NCBI GenBank assembly: GCA_010015805.1
Contig: ML978123.1
Coordinates: forward strand, 2,232,001-2,296,000
Direction: 5' to 3'
DNA length: 64,000 bases
From: Rhizodiscina lignyota
Lineage: Eukaryota
The position numbers were made by a program, and so were the translations under genes. Shown in pieces: positions 21,851-35,900 of this stretch; positions within the stretch are counted from its first letter, which is position 1, and every line of letters starts with the position of its first letter. A model generated the notes under the pieces. The model was not told the DNA's origin. It saw only the letters and a list, made by a program, of their open reading frames with translations, and made no database searches.

Positions 21851-24744
21851 TCACAGCGCCTTTACACGCAGGAAGAATGGATTCGCCAGCAACTCTGGGT
21901 TATCCGCAACCAGAGCTTTCATCTTCTCAACCTGTTCCTGCTTGCTGAGCCCTTTCCCTTCGACCTCTTCTTTCCACTTGACCAAAACCTCTTTCAGCAA
22001 AACACTTCCCGTCTCAACGTCTTCCTTCGTTGCTTCCACGTTCAGCTGTTCATGTTTTCCCGAAAAGTCTTCCAGCTCGTCTGCTTTCCTCTTGGCCATG
22101 TTGACGACTTTCTCCGGAAACCTCACCAACTCGGCGACGTGGATGCCGAAAGACTGATCGCACACTCCGGGCTCGACTTTGTACAGCAGTGTAACTTCGC
22201 GACGATCCTTCGATCCATCTTCCGCTTCGCTGATATGTGCCACCACATGCAGATTCTGCACCTGGGGGTACGTCTCAACGAGCGCGGTGAGCTCGTGGAA
22301 GTGGGTAGCGAACATGGCGAACGCGCCAATTTCTTTGACGATGTGTTCCGATATGGCCCAAGCGAGACCGAAACCATCGTACGTGCTCGTACCACGACCC
22401 AACTCGTCGATGATGATGAGAGACTCCTTCGTTGCAGACTTGAGAATGTTGGCTGTCTCCAGCATCTCAGCCATGAATGTTGACACGCCTTTGAGCTGGG
22501 AGTCACTGGCACCGACACGCGCGAGGATTGAATCGAAAATAGTGAGCTCAGCTTCTGAGCACGGCACGAAGCATCCAATTTGCGCCATGAGTGCGATGAC
22601 GCCAATCTGTCGGATGTACGTCGACTTACCACCCATGTTCGGTCCAGTGATAATGAGGAATTCAGATTCGCCTCGTACGAGAGAGACGTCATTGGTGATA
22701 AAGGAAACGTCGTCTTGCATCTCCATGCAAGGATGACGAGCTTCTTTCAGAATAGTGTTGCCTGTTCCACGAGCGTGCACTTTCGGACGGACATATGAGG
22801 TTGGGGCGTGAACGGAAACATGGGCGAAGCTGACAATGACATCCAAGTGCGCGAGGACGCCAGCAAGGCGTTCAATAACCGGACAGTAAGACGCTGCCTA
22901 ATGTTAGTTCCATATCAGCAAATAGGAATGAAGACACTTACCAGCTACTCCTACAACTTCATTAACGAGTCCGCTTTGGGTCCGATTGTAGTTTTCAGAA
23001 AGCTGGTCGAATTCTCTGCGCAAAGCTGCAAGGGTAGAAGTTGTGAAGAAAACTCCGTTCTTCTGGGTTGAGCACTCTTGATACTGCTTCTTGTTACGGA
23101 TACATCCGGCTTCATTCCTCGTCAGTCGGAAGCACCATCCATGCACTCTGTGATTTTCCAGGAATAGCTTCTTGTCAAGTTCTTGACTGAGGTCTTTGCC
23201 AACACGTCTGTGCTCAATCTCCATGTCGTATTTGAGTTTATCCAGTCGTTTCCTGATAACTTTCAGACCGTCATCGAAGTCAGGTTTGATAATGAATTCG
23301 TGATTCTCAAGTGCGTCGAGGTCCACTGTCGTCTCCACCATCTCCTGCAGTTTAGAGAGCTCGTCCGCCGCTCGACGAATTTTGGAGATATATTCAATCT
23401 CCAGCGGGTCTTTGTATTGCTCGTCCATGACAGCCTCGAAAGTTCCAAGAAAGCCTGGTAGTCGGATGGCAACTTGATACGCCCGGACAACGTCCTCGAG
23501 CCCTGCAGCTTTTCGTTGGAATTTCTTCACGAGTCGATAGAGGTCTGGGATCGATCTCAAGTGTTCTTCCTGCATTGTCTGCCGCAGCTCAGTGTCCATG
23601 ACGAATGCCTCCACAAGTTGCTGTCGCCGTTCAATTTCCTCCACGCTCATTAACGGCTGCTTGAGCCACTGCGCGAGGAGGCGACTTCCAACCGGAGTTT
23701 TGCAGTGATTCAGCAGCCCGTACAGACTCATAGTCTTCGCTCCATCCCGAGGCCCAGGCATGAGATTCAGAGCCTTGAGGGCAGATGCATCGAGCTTCAT
23801 ATACTGCGACAGATCATGCTGGTATAACTGGAACTGTCCGTGGTTTGTCGCGTCGGACAGGACTCCCAAATATTTGATGAGTGCCGCAGCAGACCCCATA
23901 GCGAGCTTGAGGTCAGTCTGGGGGAGTTTCCCAATGGCTTGGTCGTCGCGTAGCAACCTGCTCAGGTCGATATCGATGTCCTTTGTGCCAAAGTCCGACT
24001 GTCCACGCTGTGATACCACACAACCGCAGTTATCTGCAATGACCCTTAATTTGTTCAACTCCACATCTTTTCCAGTGCTATCCGTTGGTAGGAGGCACTC
24101 CTTCACCCCCAACTGTATCAAGAGCGATTCGAAGTTCGAATATAGGTCATTGTCCAGAAACTCGCTGACGCCGAGTTCTCGCACGCTGGCATCCGCAAAG
24201 CAAACACCGACATTCCGTGCTTCTGAGGCTCTTGCGGAGACCTTGACCGCCAGTATGATGGGCGCGGCATCAAGCTGACCGCCTAGCTCTTCTTCAATAT
24301 CTTGTAAGTTGCCAGGAGATGCCTGCATTCATCAGCTGAGGATCTTGAAAGTGCGATCTCACGCTGACCTGCTTGCCCACTTTCCAATTCATGCGACCAG
24401 AGTTCTGCCATATTTCTATGCGTTTCCCAAGCTTGAAGAGCGCCTCGCGGAGGAAGTTGCGGAAGACGGTTACGGACAGCGTAACAGACTCCAAACCAGG
24501 CTCTCTACCTAGCTGGCGAAGGACGGAGGTAGTTCGATAGACCTGAACCTTATCAATTCTATTCATGTAGTAGCCTGACTTCACTTACAGTACGCGCAAT
24601 GAACGTTGCATCCTCCCCATGCGCGGTGTAGTACTCGCCTCGGTCAAAGATGCGGACGGTGTCACTAGAAGGAGCGGGCAAGTTGTGAAAGAACCTGATA
24701 AAGCCGACTTCATCGTCAACTTTCAGATCTGGCCGAGAACCCAT
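21851..24744 (-). CDS. MSH2: DNA mismatch repair protein MutS homolog 2
   Basis: [29 protein letters not shown], Walker [33 protein letters not shown] and SFGIHVAE. Multi-exon. Confidence 0.97.
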
Positions 24745-24820
24745 TATTGTGCCTGATGGATATCGATCTCGCACAGTCGTGTGCTTGGAAGGGGATAGAG
24801 GCGAGACACCAAAGTGGGAG

Positions 24821-24859
24821 ACGCGTTCGCGACCTCCACGCGCAATCACGCGTCGCGAC
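24821..24859. promoter_or_regulatory. MCB (MluI cell-cycle box) cluster upstream of MSH2
   Basis: ACGCGT at 24821 and 24848 plus CACGCG/TCGCGA variants 80-115 bp upstream of the MSH2 ATG. MBF control of replication and repair genes is established in yeasts. Confidence 0.65.
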
Positions 24860-25639
24860 TTTCGGCGTGCACGGTGCCGCCCGCCACACAACATCGTGAA
24901 ACCTAATTTCTGCTCTATTTAGATATCATGTCTCTACATGTATTTCTTTCTTGATTTAATTTCAGTATACGGATATAAATTCAATCCGTTCATCCTGCAT
25001 TTCCAGGCATTGCTCCTGTGCAAACTGCCAGGGTTCGACAAAACCGAACCGACCAATCAATCCCTGATGAGCTAACTCGTCTAACAGCTTGCTTACTCAT
25101 GTCTCGTCGAGACATACACGAGTGATTGTTACTGCTGTATGCCTGGGTTCTTAGCGAGTGAGGCATTTCTCCAAAAGGTACGCGTTGCGAGCAAGATCCT
25201 TGCAAGGCGAGGTGTCGATTTTACCCACCCCAACTATCGTGTAATACTTAGAGCGGCCTATCTCATATGCCCGAGCCCGTAGATTGGATTCATTTCTTTT
25301 CTCTTCCAGCCTCAATCATTTACCCCGGGCGCCAACTTGTCATCAAACTCTCCGGCGCCATTCACAAACTACCCTTTCGCGCCTCCAAAACTACTTAGGC
25401 GCTGTCAGCTCACATCTACATCCACCGGCAACAGTCCTTTCTGCCTTCCCCCTCCGTCCAAACAGACTGAAATAGTGTGGGGTGCGTGGTAGCATATGCA
25501 TTTTTAGAAAGCGTGCCTCGGCATCATATGTGCGTTTTCGCAGTTTATTGGTGTAGACCAACTTCTGGGCAACTCCCAAACAACACCCATCATAAAGGAA
25601 GTCGATCTTGATTATTGTTGAAGCAAAACTTCCGCCAAG

Positions 25640-27473
25640 ATGATTGAGCTTATTCTTCAGCAAATCACCATCACCAGGATTGTCGCTCTCGTCGCTGTTG
25701 GGCTTCTTGGTTGGTATATCGCCGACTATGTCATTGAGGACAGAAAGATCAAAGCATTGGGTCATCGCGCTCCAGTGAGGCCCAGCTGGTTCCCTCTGCA
25801 AGTGGACACGACTGTGGATGTGATCAGGCATGCGCAGCGGAACGAGATGCTCGAATTTTGGAACCACATGTTCGATAATTACGGGAACCCTGTCGACAAG
25901 TACACAATCGAGTGCAGGCCCGCCGGACGAAGGCTTATATTCACAGCGGATCCAGAAAATATCAAGGCCATTCTTGCGACCCAATTCCAAGACTTTGGAA
26001 AGGGAGAGCAGTTTAACAAAGAATGGCACGACTTCCTTGGTGACTCGATCTTCACCACAGATGGCAAGCGATGGCACGACAGTAGGCAGCTGATCCGACC
26101 GCAGTTCATCAAAGATCGAGTGAGCGACTTGGAGATCTTTGAAACCCATGTCAATGTCCTCCTTTCGAAATTCGGAGGCCATGGAGAGAATGTGGAGGTA
26201 TCTGACCTCTTCTTCCGGTACACGCTTGATGCTGCGACAGACTTCCTCCTTGGCACAAGTGTCGACAGTCTCAGCCAACCTGTCGTTTTTGCAGAGGCTT
26301 TCAACGAGGTTCAGAGAGTACAGATTCGAATCGCTCAATCCGGGCCGCTGAATGTACTCATTCCACGGAAGACATTCCGGAAGAATCTCAAGATCATCGA
26401 CAGCTTCATCAAGCCTTACATTGATCGCGTCGTAGCACTTTCCTCTGATGAGCTTAACAAGGAGGAAGGGTATACGTTTCTTCATGTAAGCATCTTCACA
26501 TAGTCCATTACATATGCCTGACAAGCACACTAGGCCTTGGCAGGATATACCAATGACCGAACCGTTTTGAGAGATCAGCTATACGCAGTTCTCATTGCTG
26601 GGAGAGACACAACAGCCTGCACTCTGTCATGGACCATCTACGAGCTTTCGAGGCAACCGGCAATCGTTAGTAAGCTTCGACAGGAGATTCTGAATGTCGT
26701 TGGTCCAAGCAGGCCCCCAACGTACGCCGATTTGAAATCAATGCGGTATTTGCAGGTATGGAACATTTCATCATTTCTTGCTGCATAGTCTGCACAGGTA
26801 TGTCACTCAGTGTTGAACGACTTGCTGACGTCTATATAGCATATAATGAACGAGACGCTACGTATTTACCCAGGTAAGTCTACGCACATTCCCATCCATG
26901 GTTTCCGACTAATGCTGTCTCCCAGTTGTCCCTTACAACGTTCGCGTCGCGCTGCACGATACGACGATTCCAAGAGGAGGAGGCCCGAATGGCGATGAGC
27001 CCGTTGGGGTTCCAAAGGACACGCCCATAGCGTATTCCACACTTGTCATGCAGCGTCGAGAGGACATCTACCCTCCGGAGAGCTCTGGCTTTGCTCCCGC
27101 GCGCGAATTTGTGCCCGAGCGATGGGACAGTTGGACGCCCAAGTCTTGGACGTAAGTACATGCTGCTACCACCACCTGGTCTTTGGCTAACACTGCTCTA
27201 CACAGATATGTGCCTTTCAATGGAGGTATGTGAATGCGTAGTAGTCGATCTCTTCTCTATCTTAACTAATTTTTCTTAGGTCCACGGATTTGTATCGGCC
27301 AACAGTTCGCCTTAACGGAGATGGGATATACTCTCGTACGCATATTCCAGCGGTACTCGAGATTGGAGAGCACGAGGCCAGGACAAGCGCCAGGCCTAAA
27401 GAGTGACATCGTGCTTTCGCCTGCAGCAGGCGTGCATGTGGCCTTCTGGGAAGCCTCCTCGACTGAGAAATAA
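25640..27473 (+). CDS. Cytochrome P450, CYP52 clan (alkane/fatty-acid hydroxylase-like)
   Basis: N-terminal anchor; [43 protein letters not shown]; heme motif [13 protein letters not shown] split by an intron. Several short exons. Confidence 0.93.
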
Positions 27474-27995
27474 GTTACTCCAATTTTCTGCCTGTAAACT
27501 TAGCACACTCTTCTAGTGCTGGGCGTGATCTGGGTATAACGCTTTTGCGTGCTTTTTCGGGATGATTCTCGACTCAGCTATATTTATGTCTCAAGGCTTA
27601 AGGCTTGGCCAGATAGTCTGAAAGGGGAGACCAACTCGTGCTCCGTTTTCGACAGGACACCGGTTCGCAATTCGAAATGATGTATGAAAACCGCACTGGT
27701 TCATGTTTGTGTATTGCACAATGACACACTATAGACAGGATGCAAGAATCTCTAATTCCTCGGTCCCTACCCCGGCCTTGAGTTTAAAAGGGGTATAATC
27801 GATCCAAATCCCAACCACCACGCGATGTCCTTTACCATGACCCTTGACAAAGGACTATGGCGCATTCCCAAACCCAGACACCGAGTAAATGCAGATCCAG
27901 CAAGCCCAAGAGCCCAACCATGAACGCCAAGTTATGCAACCAGCGATCCACCCATCCGACAATGTGCATGTAAAGAAAACTGGACGTAGACCGCG

Positions 27996-29417
27996 TCATG
28001 AGCCAGTCGTCAGGATATCATCCAGCACAGACCCTAAGGCTTCGCGATCCTCAGTTCCTCCGCCCGACCATCCCCAGCCGTCAACCACGCCATCCACCTC
28101 CATCTCGTCACCACCAGTGTGACCATTTATTGCTGGAGGATGCTGTATGCCATTCACCTTTGCGGTCTGCTTCCCATCGTCCAGCTCATCACCCTCGTCT
28201 TCTATATCTTGACCACTAGCATCCCACCCTGACATTATATGTGATGCAACTGTAGGCACCGATTGCACATAACTGTCCCCAAGGTTGAGCGCCAGTTTGA
28301 GATCGCTCATACCCAGAGGTCGCCGACCTTCGCTCGCTTCGACTTCGACTGGTAGTAAACCTGCCGCGTTCCGCACCATGCCTCCTTCTTCCCTTAGCCA
28401 CATTGCCTCTTCCTTCTCCAACCTCTTCTTGTATGTCGCAGTCTTGATGTAGTTCTCTCCATCGCTTCTTACTCTGCTGTAGTGGTCTGAAAGTATTTGC
28501 TTGACGAACGTTTCAGTCGCTACGTTCAAGAACTCTGCAGTACCAGGAGTTGCGCCACCCCCTACGCCCATTTCATAACATATAGGTACCATACGTAATT
28601 GTATCGATTCTGTGTCAGGGAATTCGTTGGATTCGGAGAAGAGGGGTTGAGCGTAGCGTTTCCGTATTTCGAGGTCCCAATCTGATCAAGAAGGTCAGTG
28701 TTAACACAAGTTTGATGCATAATATGGTAAAATACTCGTTTTATTAAACCCACCCGCAGAGGCAGGCCCGACCTCTGGTGGCTTCACCGTCTTCCCCGCG
28801 TGATATTCCAGCACGCCCCGTGAAAAAGGATCCCACTGCTCATCTTGTATGCCCTTCAGTCGATGTCGGTCCCTCGCAGGCAGCTGCATCACCTCCGTCT
28901 TCAGCCTCTGCTCCGCGGCATCCCCGCTGACGGGTTTCGACACGGCCGTCGGCTTGTCATTTGCGGAAACCCAGCTTGCAACTCCAGGCTCAGGAGAGTC
29001 GCGTGTTGCGTTGGTGAGGAGTGCGCATACCAGTTGGTTATGCACATGCTCCTTCGCCGGGTCATTCTGTAGTATGGGTTCGAGTTCTCGTGTTAATTCT
29101 TCTTGGTTGCGCCCGCCTGTTAAGCCGCCAGATTAGCAATAGAACTTGCGGACCCGCCAAAATCCGATGTTAGTCATGCATATCTTGAGCATACCTAATA
29201 TAAAATTGCACAATGCTTCTTTATATCTCGCCCACTTATCCCCCACCTGCTCCTTCAGCGTCGCATACAGTGGCTCCAGATCTATTCGGGGCGCCGCCGG
29301 CGCTGAATTCTTCGTCGCCTTAGGCACGCCATTTGTAGGTGTTGGAAGGGGTTTTGCGACGGTGGTGGGTGTCAAGGTTGGTCTGTTTGTGAGGAGGTCC
29401 GTGTTAACGGTGGTCAT
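27996..29417 (-). CDS. ADA1: SAGA complex subunit Ada1/Hfi1 (SAGA-Tad1), 3 exons
   Basis: RIDLEPLY..LK, HNQL, WVSANDKP, GDAAEQRLKTEVMQLP.RDR.RLK and M.PICYE motifs. Confidence 0.88.
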
Positions 29418-29967
29418 GTTGGCCGCAGGTGCATGAGGCGCGCCTTGAGGCCGACACGGCCCCTTCGTGTAGGGTTCAGTTCAGGTCTCTACTGATCACA
29501 ATGATGCGATCATCGACGATACCGATGGAAGTCTGGTTGCGCGAGGTTGGACGGCATATAAAGTCGGAAGCGCGTTCGGACGTGTGATTGCGGGCTTGGC
29601 GGGCAGACTACAGAGAGGTGGCAGCGGGCCAAGGAAGCGGTCGACTATGTTCTGACGGCTTTGGGAGTCTTGGGGGAGTACCATAGAATTCAATGCGTCG
29701 TCGTATGAGAGGGAGGCGTTTGTGATGGAGAACGTAGGTATTGCGTTGACGCGAAGTTGGAGATCCTTGGCGGCCTCGCCAGGATAGGCTTGAGGCACGT
29801 GAGAGTGATGGCGGCCAATCTCCATTATGATTATCACAATCAATCGGAAGGCTTTCATTACTGGAACCACGAATTCTTTGGATAGTTAGTCGCTATGTCT
29901 GAGCAGCAAGCATGTGATTCTATAGCAGCCCAGTTGTTGGTGCAATATCAGCTCGATTCATCGCACT

Positions 29968-32900
29968 CTACGCCTCCCCAAAGCTGCTCTCGCCCAGATC
30001 TACTTTGCCAACAGACCACATCTCTCTCTCATCCTCCACTTCGTCGCTCGCAAGCCCTAATCCACCTTGTCCGCCCTCGGCATCTCTTCTTTCCCGCGCT
30101 TGATTGCCTAATCTCAAGGCAATTCTCTTGAAGTAGTCCTGCATGCTGCGCTTCGTGTTTGGAGGGAGACTAGCGCCAGAGCCTGTCATGTACTTGTCAA
30201 AGACCACCGATTCTTCCTCCACCACAGAGAAGACTGCCAAGAGCGCAGCCTCTGCTGCCAGCTTGACTGGGACAACCATGTCACGAACACTCGCAAAAAT
30301 CGGAGGGGCAAGGAGTGCGAGGTGTGGCCTGACGAGTTCGTTGTTCCTCCGTCCGACAGTACGAATAAGAACGAGAGCAAGACGCCGCGTGTCTGCTGCG
30401 TTGCCAGGTTGTATGACTGCTGCGAGTTTTTCGAAAATTTGCTTGACGATTTCGAAGCTCTTATTGCTTGTTTCCGTAAGGAGATACTTGCAGGCAGCCT
30501 TAACGGAGTTGTCTGCGACATCTGGCTGGGAATCGCTTATGCCACCACAGATTGCCGATACTGTCTCATCTCCAAATGACTCAGTCAGTGCCTCTGGAGA
30601 ATCGACCAGGATAGCATTCAAGGCCAGTACGGATGGCATGGATGGGTGCGAGGTTAGAACCCTGCTCCTTAGCAAAGACGCTGCGACTTCCGAGGGCAGC
30701 ACTTTGACAAGCGCACCAAGTAACCTGGCATTCGTAGTTGCCATTGAATCGTCTTCGCCTTCATGTTCAGTGTCGATGAGACCCAATATGGATGTTCTGG
30801 ATGCTTCGTTCATGCTGCCACCAGACTTGCTCACGACCTCGTAGAGAGCATCGAGCATCGCTCTCTTAACGCCAGGATCGGGTGTCTTGGATCCGGTAAC
30901 CAGCTCTGCGATTAGCGGATCGATCCTCGGTGTCATAGTAATGAGAGTTCCTAAGGCCTTGGCAGCGCGAATGCGAAGCGTCTCGCTCGACGTGTCAGCC
31001 AGGGATTTTGCAAAGGTCCTTTGCAGTTGTGGCAAGAATGGCTTCAGATATGTTGGAATCTTCTCCAACAGATTGTTAAGAGTGAATAGAATGGCCGCTG
31101 TAGGAATGTAAGCATGCATACGCACAACTGGATACAGTTGTCTTTACCTTTAACTTCCACAGATCGTTCCGACACCACACGGATCAGTGGGCCAGTAATT
31201 TGCGTGACGAACGGTCGAAGAGACTCTCCGTTCGTGCGATCAATGATCTCAGAAATGGCCAATGCAGCTTGAGTACGTTGCTCTGCTGTACCATTCATCA
31301 ACCCTTGCAAAAATATCGGAAGGACTGCATTGATGCCCTTGGGCAATCCGAACCCAGGCAAGTTCGATCCCGGCACACCCACTTGTTGAAGCACTTGTCT
31401 TGTCGATATGACGAGAGACTCCATCTCCTCCTTGCGCAGACGCTTCGTCAACTCATTCAGTGCGGTCCATGCAGCTTTGACGACTTCAATATCGCTGTCC
31501 CCAAAGGCAATCAGCAGCGCACGAATGAGATCGGGATAGTACCTCGACATGTCAACCTCGGCTCCGGCAAAAAATTTGGCCAGGTGAACGTCTGCGACAC
31601 ATCGTCTCCTGTGATCATCGTGTTTCGCTAGTCCGAGCATTACACTCATGGCTGTATTGAGACCGTCAAACTCATCGACAGATAACAGAACGGTATCGAA
31701 CGAGGTATCAAACTCGGCCTTGAGCTCTTCGTCCTTGCAGCTGATGATATTGTCCATCAAGGCGTTGAGTATGTTCGGTAACCTTCGAACCATTGCCGTA
31801 CTCGCAACTTCTGCAAGAGATGCGATAGCTCTAGCGTTAAAAGCCGACATTGGAGATGTGAGCAGTGTCGGCAGGAGGTTCGGCAGGATGATATTGGACC
31901 GAGTGTTGTCGGTGAGTAGAGTAAGTAGAGCAGACAGTGCATTGTCTGCGTCTTCTGGGGTCCTAAGGAGATTTAGAAGGTGCGGAAGAACTTGGTCCAC
32001 AGCCTTCTTCCCAAAGACGTGTTGAAGAGAGTCGAAAGCTTCCGCAGCAGCTTCTCGAACGTCGTTGTCAGGGTCGACCAACGCCGTCCTGACCACAGAA
32101 ATCAAGGTCTTTTCGTAGTCTTCCAATGCATCTGGAGAAGCCGACGCTATAAGCTCGCGAAGGGCAATGCATATTCCTTGTCTAGCATCGGTATCTGTCG
32201 AGGTTTGCAAGCCTTCCTCAAGGGTTGGCAATAGGCTTGTCATCACTCCTTCGCCGGCCTTTCGAATTAGTTCGCCTAAAGCGTTCCCAGCAATGACCTT
32301 TTGCTCCATGTTCGAACTGGCGAGTCGGCGAATGATGAGTTGTGTGAGTGTTGGTACGAGCTCTTTCAGTGTGCGCGGAGTAGCGACAAGAGCTTTCCAG
32401 ACATTGATAGCGGAGCTGCGCACCAGACCCGAAGTGTCACAGCGGCAGATGTATAGAGCGGACAAAACCTTGTTGCGTCTCTCTTCTCCAAGCGCCTCCA
32501 AGAGGGATTGACCAGCCTCGTTAGCCATTTCTTCTTCCTCTTCCTCTTCGTCAGCCTGCCCACTAATGCCTGTCAAGTTGAAGAGCAGATCACCAACTAG
32601 CTCGACTGAACTCAGACGGATGCGGTGACTGTCATCTGCCAAACCCCTCTCGAGCTCTGGCAAGAGCAAGTCAACAGCACGCGTAGCAAAACTCTTCACG
32701 AGAAGTCTGCCAGCACGTAGCGCAATGTCGCGGATAGCTTCGATATCGTCCGCCAAACCAGCCAGAATCGGAGGGATTATTTTGCCAAGATAGTTGGCGA
32801 AACTGTTACCGAAGCAAGCGGGGAGATAAATGAACAGCGACATGAAACCTTCGCGGGTGGAGGGTTTGGAGCTTTGTGCATTCTGTAAAATCGTTGGCAT

Positions 32901-35900
32901 CGTCTCCTCGAGGCGAGTAGTACCCAACCCGGCGAGAACTTCGCTAAGAGCCTGAGCAGAGCCAAAGCGGTCTCCGGCACCTGTGTCAGCCTTCAGCGCC
33001 GCCATCAAGCTTGGGATCAAATCGGGCAATGCGTCCTCCCCAAGCTTCTCCACCAGTGAACCAAGAGCTTTGGCAGCAGTAGCGCGAGTTGCAGGCACAG
33101 GATCGACAACAGCAGCTCTTAGGCCTGCGACCAACATTGGGAGATGTGCGACTATGTCTTTTCGTTCCGTCAGGTGGGCCAAGTTTGCAATTATTGATGC
33201 TGCCTTTCGTTTCGTCTGTGACCGGTCTCCCAAACCACGCTCGAGAATGCGGACCACCAATGCAAGTGAGGGGGCATCCAAGTAATGCAAGAATTGCACT
33301 TTGATCAAGATGTCGAGAGCTTCTTCTGTGTATTTTGTGGGATCGCTGAGTGCTTTAAGAAGGATATTAACGATGCTCTTAATCTCGGGATTGGAGATGA
33401 CTTCGCCAAATTGCTTCAAGCTTCTATTAGCACCAGCTCGCACCTCCTTGTGACTATCATTCAGGACAGCCGTGAGAGGGGGAATAATATCCGGTAACCG
33501 AAGGGCCAGTTGTTCTGGGGATAGATGTGACATGGTGCCTAGCATGTCGCATGCTCCTTTTTTGCTTCGCCACTGTGGTTCATCGAGACCCTCGAGCAAG
33601 GTTGGAAGGATTTGTTGAACACCATATGAGCTTAGGGTTTTGTTAAACTGCTTCGCAGCGTCTTCACATGCCTCTCTTACTCCCTGGTTTGAATCGCCGA
33701 ATCCAGCGAGCAATTGAGGAACGACCTGAATAACATAGGGCTCGAAGGTCCGTTCCAATATCATCGACAAAAGCTCATATCCGAGGAAAGCGCCTTGGCG
33801 AGCATTCTGATCTTTCTTGCTCTCGGTAGCTGTCTTAAGGCCAGACATTATCTGGAATTCACGCAAGGACGAAATCCCTTTACCGGCCACGATTCCAGCG
33901 AGACCGTAAGCCGCGCCACGTTGTGCTGGGTACTTCTTAGATTGCAGAAGCTCGTCCATCATCTGTTGCGCGTATGAAGATGCCTGATCCTTTGACGCCT
34001 GAACAAGCGGCGGCAGACACAATGCAACTGCATACTGCACATCTTCAGAAGGCGTGCGGAGGGTGGCCAATAATCTCTGTACAACTTTTTGGAGGCGGCT
34101 GTCGCCAGAGGGAAGATGACGGGCTAGAGCACCATAGAGGATAACAACTGCCTCGTTGACCTGATCAGAATCTGCGGCCCCGCCAGATCCTTCAAGTGAG
34201 CCTTCGAAAAGCTCCATGAGGGGTTCCACCTCGCTTTTCCCATTGATCGCGATGATATCAGTCGCAGCCTCTACCATCTCTCGACGAACGGTCGCGTTTC
34301 GATCTCCCAAGGGACCACTTCCTACTAGAAATTGGCAGAACGGGACAAGACTGCTGGTTTCGAAAGTTGAGGCCAATTGCTTAAAGGCCAGAGCGGTGCC
34401 ATCACGCGCCTCCCATAGATCGGTGACATCCTTCTTTATCACCATTCCAAACTTGTCCTTTTCTGGCACTAATGGCCTGGCTTTGGCAGTGTACAGCTCC
34501 TGCAGTTGGCTCAGAATGCTTGGAAAGGATGCCTGATGCTGCTCAACGGCCTCGGCAAGAGCGCGAGCAGCCGCTCTCCGTAATTGCTTGTCAGGCCTTT
34601 CGAGATAAGATATCATGCGCAGCGCAGATTCTTCAGTTGTCTGCATGTCATTCTCTTCCCAGATTGTCTTGCCAAGCTCCACATTTTCCTCCACGTCGTC
34701 GTGGGATGCAATCCAGATCTCTTCTGAGAATTCCAAGCCAGAGAGATCGACTTCCGCATCAATGGCTTGCAGTGAAGCGGTTCTTACTGGCTTCTCTGGT
34801 ACAATCGTGGCCTTCAAGAGGACAGCAGTCTCCTCGTCGGATAAACTTGCCGCAAGCGCCCGTACCAAATCGTCGAAACAAGTTTTGACGAGCTCGAAGT
34901 GTTGCGTGAAGCGTTGCATAGCACTGACAAGAGAGGAAAGTAGTCTTCGCCGTGGAAGTCGCTCATCAGTGCATGTGTCGGTATGGGACGTGAGGATCTC
35001 AAGAGCGAGCACGATCTGCTCGTCCGCTTCTTCCGATTTGCTCTTCGCAACACCACCTTGTTCCAAGACAATAAAGACCAGAGGCAAGCAATACGCCAAC
35101 GAGACGGTGTCAAGTGGTCTTTGCTCTCCAAGGAATCGCAAGCGATATAAAACTCGCGTGACCAGCTGATCAAGGGGTTCTTCTGTCAATTCGGCGGGCA
35201 ATTGCGTTACTCCAATTGCTCGGAGAGTAGCAATGCCTATGAATGGTCTCAGCGGACCCAGGCGTGGACTGACGCGCTCTGCACAACTGATATATGCCTG
35301 TGCTGCAGCATCATCAAGCAGCAGCCCAGCTCCAGCATCAATGATTCCAATGAGACGATCTATTGCCGCTACAATCCAGCGCTCAGCTTCTGTTGGTGGT
35401 CCGGTCGCAAGTCCTCGCACGATGCCCACTCCTCTTCCGAGTCTTATAGCGAGGTTAGTCATTTCACTACGAATCTTAGATTCTTTTGCTAATTGGTCGT
35501 TGACCTTCGCCTGCTCAACCGGTGAGAGTTTTTTGGTCTTCCCCTTCTTCGCCTCCAGCTGGGCCCTGAGCTCTGATTCCCATTTCAGGGTGTCATAGTC
35601 CTTTATATTCTTGTCGATCACTGTCGGTTGAGACTTGGAAGCGAGCACATCCACGAACATGGCGCCTTCTGGAGTACGGTAGATTCCTGCTTCTGTCGGT
35701 CCAACATGGGACAACTGCCCCGTGTCGAGATCGCTCTCAATCTGTTGGACAATACGAGGGATGGCTACTTCAGGAGAAACGAAAGCCAGGTCAGCTGCAG
35801 CTGCGAAAGCAGCTGCGTGTTTATCCCGAAGGTGTTGGTCAATTGCCGGATTTGCGGTGGCTTCGACAATTGCCGATATGCAGGTATCCAGTCGCTCAGA

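Noticed and set aside
25391..26530. 379-aa minus-strand ORF opposite the P450
   Set aside because: Fully antisense to P450 exon 1 with no recognisable domain.
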